Source: Candidatus Kerfeldbacteria bacterium
GTDB taxonomy: Bacteria; Patescibacteriota; Patescibacteriia; SBBC01; CAIJZX01
Assembly: GCA_903825245.1 (NCBI GenBank)
Contig: CAIJZX010000015.1
Location: 28,564 to 92,563 of the forward strand
DNA: 64,000 bases
Reading direction: 5' to 3'
Shown here: positions 19,546 to 29,644 of the stretch, one piece after another
How positions within the stretch are numbered: position 1 is the stretch's first letter
Layout: each line of letters begins with the position of its first letter
Made by a program: the position numbers and the translations under genes
Notes under the pieces: model-generated
The model's input: only the letters and a program-made list of their open reading frames with translations
What the model was told of the DNA's origin: nothing
The model's database searches: none

Positions 19546-20208
19546 ATGCTTCAGCTCAAGAACGTCCACAAAACATACGGAACGAAGGAAAACGCCTACG
19601 AAGCGTTGCGCGGTGTGTCTTTGGACATTCAAGACGGCGAAAGTGTGGCCATTATCGGTAAATCCGGTTCAGGAAAATCGACCTTGATGCATATCATGGC
19701 CGGTCTTGATACGCCGACAACCGGCACCGTGGAAATTGACGGTGTATCGCTTGGGAAAATGTCGGAGCAAGAACGGGCTATTGTTCGCAATGAAAAATTC
19801 GGTTTTGTCTTTCAGCAGTATTTCCTCCAGCCACGCTTAACGGTCATGGAGAATATTTTATTGCCGCTGACGATTCGAGGGACAAGCGCCGGGGAGCGGA
19901 AGAAACGAGCCGAGGAACTGCTGGCAGCAGTAGGCTTGACAGATAAAGCAAAGAACCGCGCCACCGATCTATCCGGTGGACAAAAACAGCGTGTGGCTAT
20001 CGCTCGCGCCTTAGCCAATAGTCCAAAAGTTATTTTTGCCGATGAACCGACCGGTAACCTCGATACAGAAATTGGTGAGAGTGTTATTACATTACTTTTT
20101 GATGTGCACAAGCAAAACAAGACGACATTGGTCGTCGTGACCCACGATGAAGATTTAGCGAAACGGTGTGATCGAATGCTGACAATTCAAGATGGAAAGA
20201 TCCTTTAA
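19546..20208 (+). CDS. ABC transporter ATP-binding protein (MacB/LolD-like)
   Basis: Walker A GKSGSGKST, signature LSGGQKQR, Walker B IFADEPT. Confidence 0.9.
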   Translation: MLQLKNVHKTYGTKENAYEALRGVSLDIQDGESVAIIGKSGSGKSTLMHIMAGLDTPTTGTVEIDGVSLGKMSEQERAIVRNEKFGFVFQQYFLQPRLTVMENILLPLTIRGTSAGERKKRAEELLAAVGLTDKAKNRATDLSGGQKQRVAIARALANSPKVIFADEPTGNLDTEIGESVITLLFDVHKQNKTTLVVVTHDEDLAKRCDRMLTIQDGKIL

Positions 20209-21502
20209 TATGCGCCTTCCCGACTACATCAAGTTCGCTCAAACTAATCTGCTTCGCACGAAGTTGCGGACATTCTTGACGGTCTTGGCATTGTTTATTG
20301 GCACGTTTACGTTAGCGATGACGACCGCCCTTGGAACCGGAATCACGCGTTATACGACGACGCAAATCAACGCCTTTACGCAACCGGATACCATTATGGT
20401 TACGCCGCCGAGTCGTCGATCGACTTCGAGCACCGGTATCCCCGAGTACAATCCGAATAAATCAACAGTAACGAGTGGTGGTAACGCGCAATTGACGACG
20501 GCTGATGTTGATAAATTAAAGACTATTCCGAACGTGACCGGCGAGTACCCGAGTTATTCGGTTCAACCGGAGTACATTCAATACGGTACGGGCAAGAAAT
20601 ATGTGTTGGCGGTGACCGCACTCCGTCCACAGTCACAACTCACGCTGGTGGCCGGTTCATTACCAAGTTCGACTGACACCGCAGCGACTGTCATTCCGTA
20701 CCCGTACGTTGCGACGCTTGGTTTTGCTAATTCTGCGGCCGCGATTGGAAAAACGGTGACCATTCACTTCAATGGATTGCCGGTGACGAGCGGCACAAAA
20801 GCTAAGCCGATTACTACTGTACCGTCGAAAGATATTCAAGTCGTTATTCGCGGCGTTCTCGCCGATACGATTACATCGCAGCAAACCTATCTTGCACCGA
20901 GCGTGATGGAAGACTTGTCGAATTTTCAAAACGGTAGTACGGCGCAGTTTTACGAAATTGCTCTGACCGTCGCTCCGAAAAGTTCAACCGCCACCCTGAA
21001 TGCCGTCAAAGCCGCCGCCATTGCGAAAGGCTATCAAGCAGAAACCCCGGCTGACGTTCTCAAGCAGGTTCAACAGGGACTATCGGTGGTACAAACCGCA
21101 CTCGATGGCTTTGCCGGTATCGCTTTGTTGGCCGCTATGATCGGCATCGTTAATACCTTACTGATGGCAGTGCTGGAACGGACGCAAGAAATTGGTTTAC
21201 TCAAGGCGCTCGGTATGCGCCGTAATGGTATCTTTGGTTTGTTTGTCTATGAAGCAATCAGCATCGGCTTCTGGGGCGGATTACTTGGCGTCGGTCTCGG
21301 CATGGCCATTGGTCCGGTGATTAACAATATACTTTCACACACGTTGCTGAAAGGTGCAGTTGGTCTTAAGTTATTGGTGTTTCCTCTACCGTATATGGCG
21401 GCGATTGTCGGACTTGGTATGTTGATTGGCTTCATTGCCGGTGCACTACCAGCGGCACGCGCCTCGCGGTTGAATCCGATCGACGCCTTACGGAACGAGT
21501 AA
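20192..21502 (+). CDS. ABC transporter permease, FtsX/MacB-like
   Basis: N-terminal TM, large periplasmic domain, and C-terminal 3-TM FtsX-like domain. It overlaps the ATPase gene end. Confidence 0.8.
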   Translation: MERSFNMRLPDYIKFAQTNLLRTKLRTFLTVLALFIGTFTLAMTTALGTGITRYTTTQINAFTQPDTIMVTPPSRRSTSSTGIPEYNPNKSTVTSGGNAQLTTADVDKLKTIPNVTGEYPSYSVQPEYIQYGTGKKYVLAVTALRPQSQLTLVAGSLPSSTDTAATVIPYPYVATLGFANSAAAIGKTVTIHFNGLPVTSGTKAKPITTVPSKDIQVVIRGVLADTITSQQTYLAPSVMEDLSNFQNGSTAQFYEIALTVAPKSSTATLNAVKAAAIAKGYQAETPADVLKQVQQGLSVVQTALDGFAGIALLAAMIGIVNTLLMAVLERTQEIGLLKALGMRRNGIFGLFVYEAISIGFWGGLLGVGLGMAIGPVINNILSHTLLKGAVGLKLLVFPLPYMAAIVGLGMLIGFIAGALPAARASRLNPIDALRNE

Positions 21503-21552
21503 TAAAAATATAACAAAACACCACTCATCTGAGCGGTGTCGTTGTGTAGTTG

Positions 21553-21702
21553 TTACTTCAAGGGATTTCTTCCCTGAATCACGCGAATCAGGAACATAAT
21601 AATCGCCAGAATTAACAGGATGTGGATGAAGTTTCCTAAGAAATGAAACGTAAATCCTAGTAACCAGAGAACAAGAAGGACGATGCCAATAATAAGAAAC
21701 AT
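21553..21702 (-). CDS. lmo0937-family small membrane protein (49 aa), absent from the ORF track
   Basis: Hand translation gives MFLIIGIVLLVLWLLGFTFHFLGNFIHILLILAIIMFLIRVIQGRNPLK, the pattern of the lmo0937/DUF5670-type family. Confidence 0.55.
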   Translation of the reverse strand: MFLIIGIVLLVLWLLGFTFHFLGNFIHILLILAIIMFLIRVIQGRNPLK

Positions 21703-21877
21703 AGATTAGAGGGTTTTATTCTTTAATGACTTTTTCTTTCTCGCCGCAGCAATTCTTTCGGCAGCATACACGACACTCGCGATAATAATTGTGCCGGCAA
21801 GCTTTCGTAGTGAATGGTGTTTACCCTTAGGTAAAGGCGACCGAGGGATTTCAGAAATGGTGGTCATGCCTATAGGA

Positions 21878-22468
21878 TTATTGACGATCTACTGCACTGA
21901 CGACATCTTCGGCAGTAGTGGGTTTACCGAGTTTGAAGATCTTGATAATACCCCAGGTTATAACAACGTAGACGATTGCTGCCGCCAGCGTCGACCACTC
22001 AAAGTATGAGGTCGTAACCGCCCCACGATTCGCGGATGCAGGGAACATGCTGAGGAATGGTCCGGCGAATGGCGAACTGATGGCGTAAACAAACTTGGTA
22101 AATCCGGCCTCTGGATTCGTGCCAAGTAATTTAAGGACGAAACGGAAAGCCAGTACAATTTCAATAAAACCGAAAATATACCAAATTATTTGGTAGGCAT
22201 GAAATAATGTTTTCTTCTGACCATACTCCCGCGAGGCAGTTGGGGAGGCGTCGACGCTGCGCTGAGTCTTGGTTGATTGGCTGGTGGGTGTCGAGGTAGT
22301 TGTCGAAACAGTTTCGGCAACTTGTGACGGGTTGCTCGCCGTGTTTCTGCGGATCGATTGTTCCGAGTTGGCATCGGATACTTTCGTAATTTCTTCCTCG
22401 TTTCGCGAGGATGTATTGTTCGGGCTCATGTGATAAATGGTTAATAAATGAAACCGAGAAAAGGGCAA
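21878..22468 (-). CDS. YggT-family-like membrane protein with Ser/Thr-rich N-terminal extension
   Basis: C-terminal region (FVYAISSPFAGPFLSMFP...) resembles the YggT/Ycf19 family. It lies downstream of the sigma factor gene on the same strand. Confidence 0.5.
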   Translation of the reverse strand: MPFSRFHLLTIYHMSPNNTSSRNEEEITKVSDANSEQSIRRNTASNPSQVAETVSTTTSTPTSQSTKTQRSVDASPTASREYGQKKTLFHAYQIIWYIFGFIEIVLAFRFVLKLLGTNPEAGFTKFVYAISSPFAGPFLSMFPASANRGAVTTSYFEWSTLAAAIVYVVITWGIIKIFKLGKPTTAEDVVSAVDRQ

Positions 22469-22475
22469 TTTAGAA

Positions 22476-23022
22476 TCATTTTGGCCCTCCTTCTGTTTTC
22501 TTTATGAGAGGAGGATAGAGGATTTTCATTTTTACCAGTCCGCGATGAACTTGAACGGCAACAGTGTTTTTTGATTGGCCGGTGATGAGGGACATTTCTT
22601 TCAGTGATAAATCCTGAATGTACCGCATGCGCATAATTTTTTGATACTTTTCTGGTAAACGATTCATGAGAAGTTGTGCCTGGCGGCCATCAATGATATT
22701 AAATAGGCGACTAGTCGGATCAACGCTCGGTTCAAAGCCCTGTTCTGTTAAGATGTCGAGTGACACCGTTTTTTGTTTACGATACTCGTCAACAATGAGA
22801 TGATTGAGCACATGGAAGAGAAAAGCGCGCATCACATCAATCTTGCCACCGCGCAGTTAGGTAGCGCCAGGTTTTCATGAAGGTGTCCTGGACAAGGTCG
22901 TTACTGAGTGTTTGATCGGGTAATTTAAACGAGGCGTGGGTGTTCAACGCTTTGGCGAAGTCATGGTGGGCTGCGCTTAAAACGCCTTTGAGGCGTATTT
23001 CCTGTTTTGAGTTCATAATCAC
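22476..23022 (-). pseudogene. ECF-type sigma-70 family sigma factor interrupted by a frameshift (two ORFs 22837-23022 and 22476-22835)
   Basis: Sigma region 2 (DLVQDTFMKTWRYL) is in one frame. Its continuation (GGKIDVMRAFLFHVLNHLIVDEYRK) and region 4 (LPEKYQKIMRMRYIQDLSLKEMSLITGQSKNTV) are in the +1 frame. Hand translation around 22835-22870 shows a TGA in one frame and a TAA in the other. Confidence 0.65.
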
Positions 23023-23257
23023 GTATGATTATAGCCGTTCCAACCTTGTTTCTATGACAAGTCGATGACGGTAATTTTGAACCTGCCCAGTTTGATCAAT
23101 AGATTGTGGCTATTGAGCACCAGGGCAGCCAGATTGCTATGACAAAACTATTACAACATAATGGCAGAAACGTGCCTCAATGGGGCAATTGAGGTGTATC
23201 ACGGACGTGGTGATAACGCAAGTGAAATATATTGCATTCTGGTTCGGCATACAAGAC

Positions 23258-23854
23258 ATGGAAACACCTACAACGCTCACCAACGGACAAGCGGAAACGC
23301 ATCTTGGTACCCAATTTTTTCAGCGATTACGAGAACAGGGTTGGACATATATCAAAACGGTCGTCGACGTTATTCGTGAGCCGGTCCTTATTCTTGATAA
23401 AGACCTCCGCGTTATGGCGGCGAACGAATCGTTCTACCAATCGTTTCGTGTCGAAGCGAAAGAAACGGAGGGGCAGGTTGTCTATAAGCTCGGTAATGGT
23501 CAATGGGATATTCCCGCCCTGCGACGATTACTTGAAGATATTTTGCCGAAGAATACCTTTTTCAAAGGTTTTGAAGTGAGTCACGAATTCCCGTTCATCG
23601 GACGTAAGGTAATGATCCTCAATGCCCGACAGATTCATTTTCAAGACGATCCGGCATCGCAGCTCTTGCCGCCGATCATTATGCTGGCAATTGAAGATGT
23701 GACCGAAATGATGATGGTTGCTGAAACGCTGGCGAGCCATACGCACCAACTTGAAACCCAGATTACCGAACGAACGCAAAAGTTGGAGATCCAGATAGAA
23801 AAGCTAGAAAAGGAAATTCATGGGTTGAAGAAGAGTCGCGGATCTCAACAGTAA
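23258..23854 (+). CDS. PAS-domain protein with C-terminal coiled coil (possible sigma-factor regulator)
   Basis: PAS-like core (VIREPVLILDKDLRVMAANESFYQSF...) followed by a heptad-rich tail. It is divergent from the ECF sigma gene. Confidence 0.5.
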   Translation: METPTTLTNGQAETHLGTQFFQRLREQGWTYIKTVVDVIREPVLILDKDLRVMAANESFYQSFRVEAKETEGQVVYKLGNGQWDIPALRRLLEDILPKNTFFKGFEVSHEFPFIGRKVMILNARQIHFQDDPASQLLPPIIMLAIEDVTEMMMVAETLASHTHQLETQITERTQKLEIQIEKLEKEIHGLKKSRGSQQ

Positions 23855-23873
23855 GAGTACGAGGGATTTACGA

Positions 23874-24125
23874 ATGAATAAGGATCAGAAATTTTTAGCA
23901 CTGATGACGGCGTTCTTGATGATTGTGTTTTGTGCCGGAGCGCTCGCAGCATTTATCGTGGCGTTATGGAAATTTCCATCGTCGCTACTAACGATTGCGT
24001 ATCATCAACAACCGTTCTTGTTTTGGTCGATGATTGCGATCACGTTCAGTAGCGTGGGCGTTATGGTTGTCATCAATAAGCAAAAAGTTTTCCCCATAGT
24101 TAACAGCAACACCACGAGTTTTTAA
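23874..24125 (+). CDS. small membrane protein
   Basis: 83 aa with two TM helices. Confidence 0.4.
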   Translation: MNKDQKFLALMTAFLMIVFCAGALAAFIVALWKFPSSLLTIAYHQQPFLFWSMIAITFSSVGVMVVINKQKVFPIVNSNTTSF

Positions 24126-24146
24126 GCTCTCTCGGAATGTGTATTG

Positions 24147-24677
24147 CTAACGTGGTCGCACCTTTCGTTCGTCCAGGCAAGGTGCTTTTCCTTGCTCCGG
24201 AACGATGACAGCCAAGTTGGGCCGGGCAAATAATTGCGCGGCTCTTCTGGTACAGATACACAGAAAGCGGTGTGCGCTACGGTCGCTTGAAATTGAGACG
24301 CGGTTGGGGGGTGAAGGTGCTAATGCAATCCCGGATTTGAAATCACTGAGCTGCGGATAGTAACTCACCTGTAGTCCCGGCCATGAACGTTCGCGAATAA
24401 TACTGCTCCATCCTTGTCCGCCATAGACGAGCTGAACGTGATGTTTTTTACAGTATTGTGCAATCATGTTGAGATAGTTGAGCGATCCGCCGTGACGGTA
24501 GATTTTTGTTAACGAAATAAGTTTCGGGTGGAGCTGTTTAGCCGCATCGTCTATAGTCTGGTCGGTGTGTCGGCGATCTACACAATCGTTGCTCTGCCGA
24601 TGAAGGGTGGAAAATCGATGTAAAGTTGTCCTCCGAGCAAGCGCTACGCTTGCTCGGAGGAATCTGGTATACTCCAA
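24147..24677 (-). CDS. hypothetical protein
   Basis: 176-aa open frame filling a 560-bp gap that would otherwise be non-coding. No recognisable motifs. Confidence 0.3.
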   Translation of the reverse strand: MEYTRFLRASVALARRTTLHRFSTLHRQSNDCVDRRHTDQTIDDAAKQLHPKLISLTKIYRHGGSLNYLNMIAQYCKKHHVQLVYGGQGWSSIIRERSWPGLQVSYYPQLSDFKSGIALAPSPPNRVSISSDRSAHRFLCICTRRAAQLFARPNLAVIVPEQGKAPCLDERKVRPR

Positions 24678-24685
24678 GTGTTCTT

Positions 24686-25672
24686 ATGACCAACATTGAC
24701 CGCAGTATCACTGTCACAAAAATCACCCGAACGTTTGGCGATTATACGGCGCTCAACGGTGTTTCGTTACGCGTAGAATCTGGATCTATTTTCGGTTTTT
24801 TGGGTCCGAACGGCGCCGGTAAATCGACGCTGATAAAAATTTTGGCCACTATTCTCGCTTCGACCGGTGGCTCAGCGACGGTCGGTGGTTTAGACGTCGC
24901 CACTAAGTCGACGGAGGTTCGTCAACGCATCGGTGTGGCATTGCAAGATGTCGGCCTTGATCCGGTCATGCGCGCTCGGGAATTGTTGGTACTGCAAGGA
25001 CGTCTCTATCGCCTATCTACCAAGGAAGCGAAACTTCGCAGTGAAGAATTATTGAAAACCGTTGGATTAGCCGACGTCGATGCTAAGCGCAAAGTCGGGG
25101 ATTTCTCCGGCGGCATGAAACGCCGCTTGGATTTAGCGTTGGCCTTAGTGCATAAACCGGACATTCTCTTCCTCGATGAACCGACGACCGGACTTGATCC
25201 GGTCAGTCGCGTCCAAATTTGGGAAGAAGTGCGCCGCTTAAATCGCGAACTGGGCATGACGATTTTTCTCACGACGCAGTATCTGGAGGAAGCTGACCGA
25301 TTAGCTGATCATGTCGCCATTATTAATGATGGAATGATTGTCGCCGAGGGCACGCCGACGGAATTGAAAGCTAGTATCGGACAAGAAGTAGTGACCTTTG
25401 CTTTTTCTACGCCGGACATGGCGGCTAAAGCGCTCGTACTGTTACAGCCGTTGGTGACGAAGGTGAAAACCTCTGGGCATGAAGTACTCTGCTATCTGAA
25501 CCAGGCGGCGCAGAATTTGCCGCAACTCCTACGTGTTCTTGATGCGGCAAAACTAACAATTACGAATGTTACGATTGCCCAACCAACCTTGGACGATGTT
25601 TTTCTGCAAGCCACCGGCGCACGTTTGAATATTGATCCCACTAAGGAAGCACGATCAACAAAAAAGTCATGA
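24686..25672 (+). CDS. ABC transporter ATP-binding protein (ABC-2/DrrA-like)
   Basis: Walker A GPNGAGKST, signature FSGGMKRR, Walker B LFLDEPT. Start at ATG 24686. Confidence 0.9.
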   Translation: MTNIDRSITVTKITRTFGDYTALNGVSLRVESGSIFGFLGPNGAGKSTLIKILATILASTGGSATVGGLDVATKSTEVRQRIGVALQDVGLDPVMRARELLVLQGRLYRLSTKEAKLRSEELLKTVGLADVDAKRKVGDFSGGMKRRLDLALALVHKPDILFLDEPTTGLDPVSRVQIWEEVRRLNRELGMTIFLTTQYLEEADRLADHVAIINDGMIVAEGTPTELKASIGQEVVTFAFSTPDMAAKALVLLQPLVTKVKTSGHEVLCYLNQAAQNLPQLLRVLDAAKLTITNVTIAQPTLDDVFLQATGARLNIDPTKEARSTKKS

Positions 25673-26430
25673 CGGACATCATTCTCTTAACTGTTCGAAC
25701 GCTCAAATACTACCTGCGCAATCCGGCGGAAACGATTCCCGGCATCGCCATTAGCGTCTTTTTCTTGCTGGTGTACAATGCTGGATTGTCCGGTGTGTCG
25801 AATTTGCCGGGGTTTCATGGTAGCTACCTCGCCTTTATTTTACCGGTGGCAATTATCTCGGCGGCAATTAACGGCGCTGGATTAGCCGGGCAGTCATTAG
25901 TTCGTGATATCCAAACCGGGTATTACACGAAACTGCTGTTATCGCCGGCGCGGCGGTTAGCCATTATTTGGGGAGCGATGATTGCCGGGGCGACGGTGTT
26001 GCTGGTGGAAGTATTTTTAATTCTTGGATTAGCCCTCCTGATGGGCCTGAAATCGCAGACCGGTCTTGCTGGCTACGGCATGATTATTCTTCTAACGTTT
26101 ATTTGGGGCATGGCTTTCTCGGGATTCTCGGTGTTTGTGGCTTTAAAAACCAAAAGCGCGAACACCACCCAAGCCTCAACGTTTGTTTTCTTCCCGCTCA
26201 TCTTCTTGTCGTCGACGTTCGTCCCGAAAGAATATATTACCTCGCACTGGCTAAAAATTGCGGCCACGTATAATCCGACGACGTACGCTTTTGATGCCAT
26301 GCGTTCGTTGTTGATTGATGGTTGGCAGGCGAAACCATTAGTACTCGGCTTCGGTATTCTCTTAGCCTTTGCTACAGTCACCGGCGTCTTGTCACTCATA
26401 CAAGCACAGCGATCAACGCGGTTAGGCTAG
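25669..26430 (+). CDS. ABC-2 type transporter permease
   Basis: 6-TM ABC-2 permease pattern. It overlaps the ATPase gene stop. Confidence 0.8.
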   Translation: MTDIILLTVRTLKYYLRNPAETIPGIAISVFFLLVYNAGLSGVSNLPGFHGSYLAFILPVAIISAAINGAGLAGQSLVRDIQTGYYTKLLLSPARRLAIIWGAMIAGATVLLVEVFLILGLALLMGLKSQTGLAGYGMIILLTFIWGMAFSGFSVFVALKTKSANTTQASTFVFFPLIFLSSTFVPKEYITSHWLKIAATYNPTTYAFDAMRSLLIDGWQAKPLVLGFGILLAFATVTGVLSLIQAQRSTRLG

Positions 26431-26695
26431 TTGAGAAATGAAGAAGCGGTCGTTCAAAATCGAAGACGTTATCGTCCAGTGCCGCTTCGTGAGAGTTGAT
26501 GGACGATATCGTGTCTAAGTTTTCTGTTTATTAGTGTTTTCGGACGTCGGTGTTTGAATTGGCGATATTCGGAATGAACCGAAAAATTGCCATTTATCTT
26601 GAATATAACCACCATCATTACCCCTTGCAATGGGGATAAAAATGTGGTATCCTGTGCCTGTTCTGTGGGCGAACATCTGCCCGCCGCGCTCTCGC

Positions 26696-26772
26696 GGCCA
26701 CTTAGCTCAGTTGGTTAGAGCGCACCGTTCACATCGGTGAGGTCGCTGGTCCGAATCCAGCAGTGGCCACCA
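26696..26772 (+). tRNA. tRNA-Val (anticodon CAC)
   Basis: Cloverleaf: acceptor GGCCACT/AGTGGCC, D arm GCTC-AGTTGGTTA-GAGC, anticodon stem CACCG/CGGTG with loop TTCACAT, T arm GCTGG-TCCGAAT-CCAGC. CCA is encoded. Confidence 0.8.
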
Positions 26773-26792
26773 TCGTTGTTACTCATAACCTC

Positions 26793-27479
26793 ATGCCTAC
26801 GAAAACCCCACCACCAAATAATCCACTCGGCGACCCTCGAGCATTTCAAGGGATGTCAACAGATTTTCGCAAGTCCACTCAAGCGGAGAAGAAATCCGAT
26901 TTTTTACCATCGTTCAATAATTCGTTTGGCGGATTTGCCGTCGAGTTGGTGAAGATCGTGCTGATTGCGTTAGCGATCATTATTCCCATTCGAACCTTCA
27001 TCTTGCAACCGTTCTATGTGAAAGGCGCATCAATGGAGCCGACGTTCCATGATAACGAATACCTCATTATCGATGAACTATCCTACCGCCTCCATCAACC
27101 ACAACGCGGTGACATTATCGTCCTCCGGAGTCCTGCGCTCGGTGAATTCCTGATTAAACGGGTTATTGGTTTGCCTGGCGAACGCTTAGTGGTGAATGAC
27201 GGAAAAATTACTATTTTCAATGCCACCGATCCGAACGGGGCTGAGTTGGATGAAAGTGCATACCTGGCATCGACGGTCTTGACCTTTGGGAATATCGACG
27301 TCACGTTGGGTGCGAATCAATACTATGTGATGGGTGATAATCGACCAGCCAGCCTGGACTCTCGTAGTTTTGGCCCAATTGTCCGTAAGGATATCGTTGG
27401 ACGGACAGCGCTTCGTGCCTGGCCCGTGACCAAGATGACCACATTTTCAACCCCGGTTATCAAGATGACCGTAATATAA
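26793..27479 (+). CDS. lepB: signal peptidase I
   Basis: Catalytic Ser box GASMEPTF, Lys box RGDIIVLR, and VIGLPGE, YYVMGDNR motifs. Start at ATG 26793, because the ORF-track start at 26763 lies inside the tRNA. Confidence 0.88.
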   Translation: MPTKTPPPNNPLGDPRAFQGMSTDFRKSTQAEKKSDFLPSFNNSFGGFAVELVKIVLIALAIIIPIRTFILQPFYVKGASMEPTFHDNEYLIIDELSYRLHQPQRGDIIVLRSPALGEFLIKRVIGLPGERLVVNDGKITIFNATDPNGAELDESAYLASTVLTFGNIDVTLGANQYYVMGDNRPASLDSRSFGPIVRKDIVGRTALRAWPVTKMTTFSTPVIKMTVI

Positions 27480-27488
27480 TTTCTGTCT

Positions 27489-28895
27489 ATGGCACGCGAA
27501 CTTCAGCCCCCGCAGCTTCTCCGCGGCATGAAAGACATACTTCCGTCTGACCAACCGTATTGGTGGTGGATTTTTGATACGGCGAGGAATTTAGCTGAGT
27601 GCTATGGCTTTGATCGCATCGAGACGCCGATTCTCGAAGCGGCCAGTCTTTTCACACGCTCGGTCGGCGATGCGACCGATATTGTCAGTAAAGAAATGTA
27701 CACCTTCACCGATAAGAGTGGGGACAACGTTTCGCTTCGGCCAGAAGGCACGGCCGGCGTCACTCGGGCGTACATTGAACACGGAATGCTTAACCTGCCA
27801 CAACCGGTGAAGTTGTGGTACTTTAGTCCGTTTTTCCGCCATGATCGTCCGCAAGCTGGACGATATCGACAGTTCTGGCAGTTTGGATTTGAGGTGTTCG
27901 GCGGCCAGCAGGCGATTCTTGAGGCGCAACTTATCCTGATGGCGCGGGCGTTGTATACGTCGGTCGGTATCGAAACCACCTTGCAAATCAACAGTATTGG
28001 CGATAAAACAACCCGCCTGCAGTACGCTAAGGCGTTACAGGCATTTCTTAAATCCAAGAAGTCAGAACTGACAGACGAACAGAAAATCACGCTGCAAAAA
28101 AATCCGCTGCGGCTCCTCGACAGTAAAGATCCGAAAATCCAGGAATTACTGGTTGACGCCCCACAAATCATCGATTCACTTGATGAGGTTTCACAAAAAC
28201 ACTTCCAAGAAGTGCTTGGCTATCTTGATGAGCTTGATGTGCCGTTCGTCCTGAACCCGAAACTTGTTCGCGGTCTTGATTACTACAACCGCACGGTGTT
28301 TGAATTTTGGGCCGCAGACGATGAAGGTGGTCAAATTAGTCTCGGCGGCGGCGGACGCTATGATACATTGGTGGAGTCACTAAGTGGCCGCCCAACACCA
28401 GCACTCGGTTTTGCCGGCGGCGTTGAGCGCATTATTTTGAAACTGAAAGAGAAACAAATTCCACCGCGACCAATTGCGGCGCCGGAAGTATTCTTGGCAC
28501 AACTTGGTGATCCGGCGCGAAGGAAAATGTTGAAGCTCTTCGAGCAACTCCGATCCCAAGGCGTCCGTGTGGCTGAGGCCATGACCAAGGATGGTATCAA
28601 ACAACAACTTGAAGTTGCTAATAAGCTCGGTGCACACTATACACTTATTGTTGGTCAGAAGGAAATGATGGATGACACGGTACTGATTCGAGACATGGAA
28701 AACGGCATTCAAGAAGAAGTGCCATTTAATAAAGTCGAATCGGAATTGAAGAAACGATTGGAAAAAAATCGCGCTAACGGCGTGACGCCGGTGACGGGTC
28801 AAGTGACATTGGAACGGCTGGATAAGTACAAAGATGACGTACCGGCCGAGGAAGAAGTTCCGGTACCGCACGATATCGACCTTGATGTTGAGTAG
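27489..28895 (+). CDS. hisS: histidine--tRNA ligase
   Basis: Class II aaRS motifs (RPEGTAGVTRAY, FWQFGFEV), a HisRS-type anticodon-binding domain, and a C-terminal extension. Confidence 0.9.
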   Translation: MARELQPPQLLRGMKDILPSDQPYWWWIFDTARNLAECYGFDRIETPILEAASLFTRSVGDATDIVSKEMYTFTDKSGDNVSLRPEGTAGVTRAYIEHGMLNLPQPVKLWYFSPFFRHDRPQAGRYRQFWQFGFEVFGGQQAILEAQLILMARALYTSVGIETTLQINSIGDKTTRLQYAKALQAFLKSKKSELTDEQKITLQKNPLRLLDSKDPKIQELLVDAPQIIDSLDEVSQKHFQEVLGYLDELDVPFVLNPKLVRGLDYYNRTVFEFWAADDEGGQISLGGGGRYDTLVESLSGRPTPALGFAGGVERIILKLKEKQIPPRPIAAPEVFLAQLGDPARRKMLKLFEQLRSQGVRVAEAMTKDGIKQQLEVANKLGAHYTLIVGQKEMMDDTVLIRDMENGIQEEVPFNKVESELKKRLEKNRANGVTPVTGQVTLERLDKYKDDVPAEEEVPVPHDIDLDVE

Positions 28896-29357
28896 AAATC
28901 TGGTCTAACCATAGTATGATGATCACGGCGATGGGAAATCCCCAGCGCCGCGATTTTTAAGTTGGTGAATAGTTTGTTTTTCTTGCTATTCATCAGAAAA
29001 CATCGATTTATGTAGTGATTTTTACAATAAAAAAGCATATATTGCATTCAATGGCGAAATGACTGAGAAAATTGTAGTCCGACCAGTCGGATGGTGTTTC
29101 GGGTATAATTACTGGCCGAAGCGCAGGGGATTGCCCTTGAAAGTTGTCGCCTCCGTGTTGCCACGCTAGTGCCCCCATTTACTTGAAATAAGTGACTAAA
29201 ACCCGTAGCGTCAAGCGTGAGCAGTAGTTGCGGACGATCGAAGAAGTGGAAAACTTTACTATTTGACATACCCTATCGAACATGGTACAGTCGGTGGGCT
29301 TATGAATGTCATCTTGTCACGTGGTACTACGGACACTCCGAAAGGAGGTGCGACGCC

Positions 29358-29636
29358 ATGGTTGAAGTAAAGAAACGAGAAAACGAATCTTCGGAAAGCC
29401 TGGTTCGGCGATTTACGAAGCGCGTCCAGCAGAGCGGCGTCCTTATCCGTGCGAAAAAACGGCGTTTTTACGAAACCCCGAAGAATAAACGTGCTGTTCG
29501 AGAAGGCGCCCTGCGTCGCGTTATTATTCAAGATCAACGCGAACTGCTCCGACGTCAAGGAAAACTTGAAGAATTTGATTTGAAAAAACGCGGACCGCGA
29601 CGAAAGCCGCTCCCACGTATTCCCTCAACATTCTAA
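29358..29636 (+). CDS. rpsU: 30S ribosomal protein S21 with C-terminal extension
   Basis: SD AAAGGAGGTG at 29341-29350. Sequence MVEVKKRENESSESLVRRFTKRVQQSGVLIRAKKRRFYE... A candidate TTGACA-17-TACAGT promoter sits about 75 nt upstream. Confidence 0.88.
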   Translation: MVEVKKRENESSESLVRRFTKRVQQSGVLIRAKKRRFYETPKNKRAVREGALRRVIIQDQRELLRRQGKLEEFDLKKRGPRRKPLPRIPSTF

Positions 29637-29644
29637 ATCATTTC

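Noticed and set aside
26763-26792. ORF-track start of lepB inside the tRNA-Val gene
   Set aside because: A start within a tRNA is implausible. The in-frame ATG at 26793 just downstream was chosen.
28896-29357. Minus-strand ORFs 28799-29047 and 29048-29269 and a possible small RNA in the 460-bp hisS-rpsU spacer
   Set aside because: The ORFs have no SD or motifs and poor composition. The spacer contains promoter-like elements (TATAAT at about 29104, TTGACA-17-TACAGT at about 29263). No recognisable RNA family signature (RNase P, SRP, 6S, tmRNA) could be identified by eye, so an ncRNA cannot be excluded.
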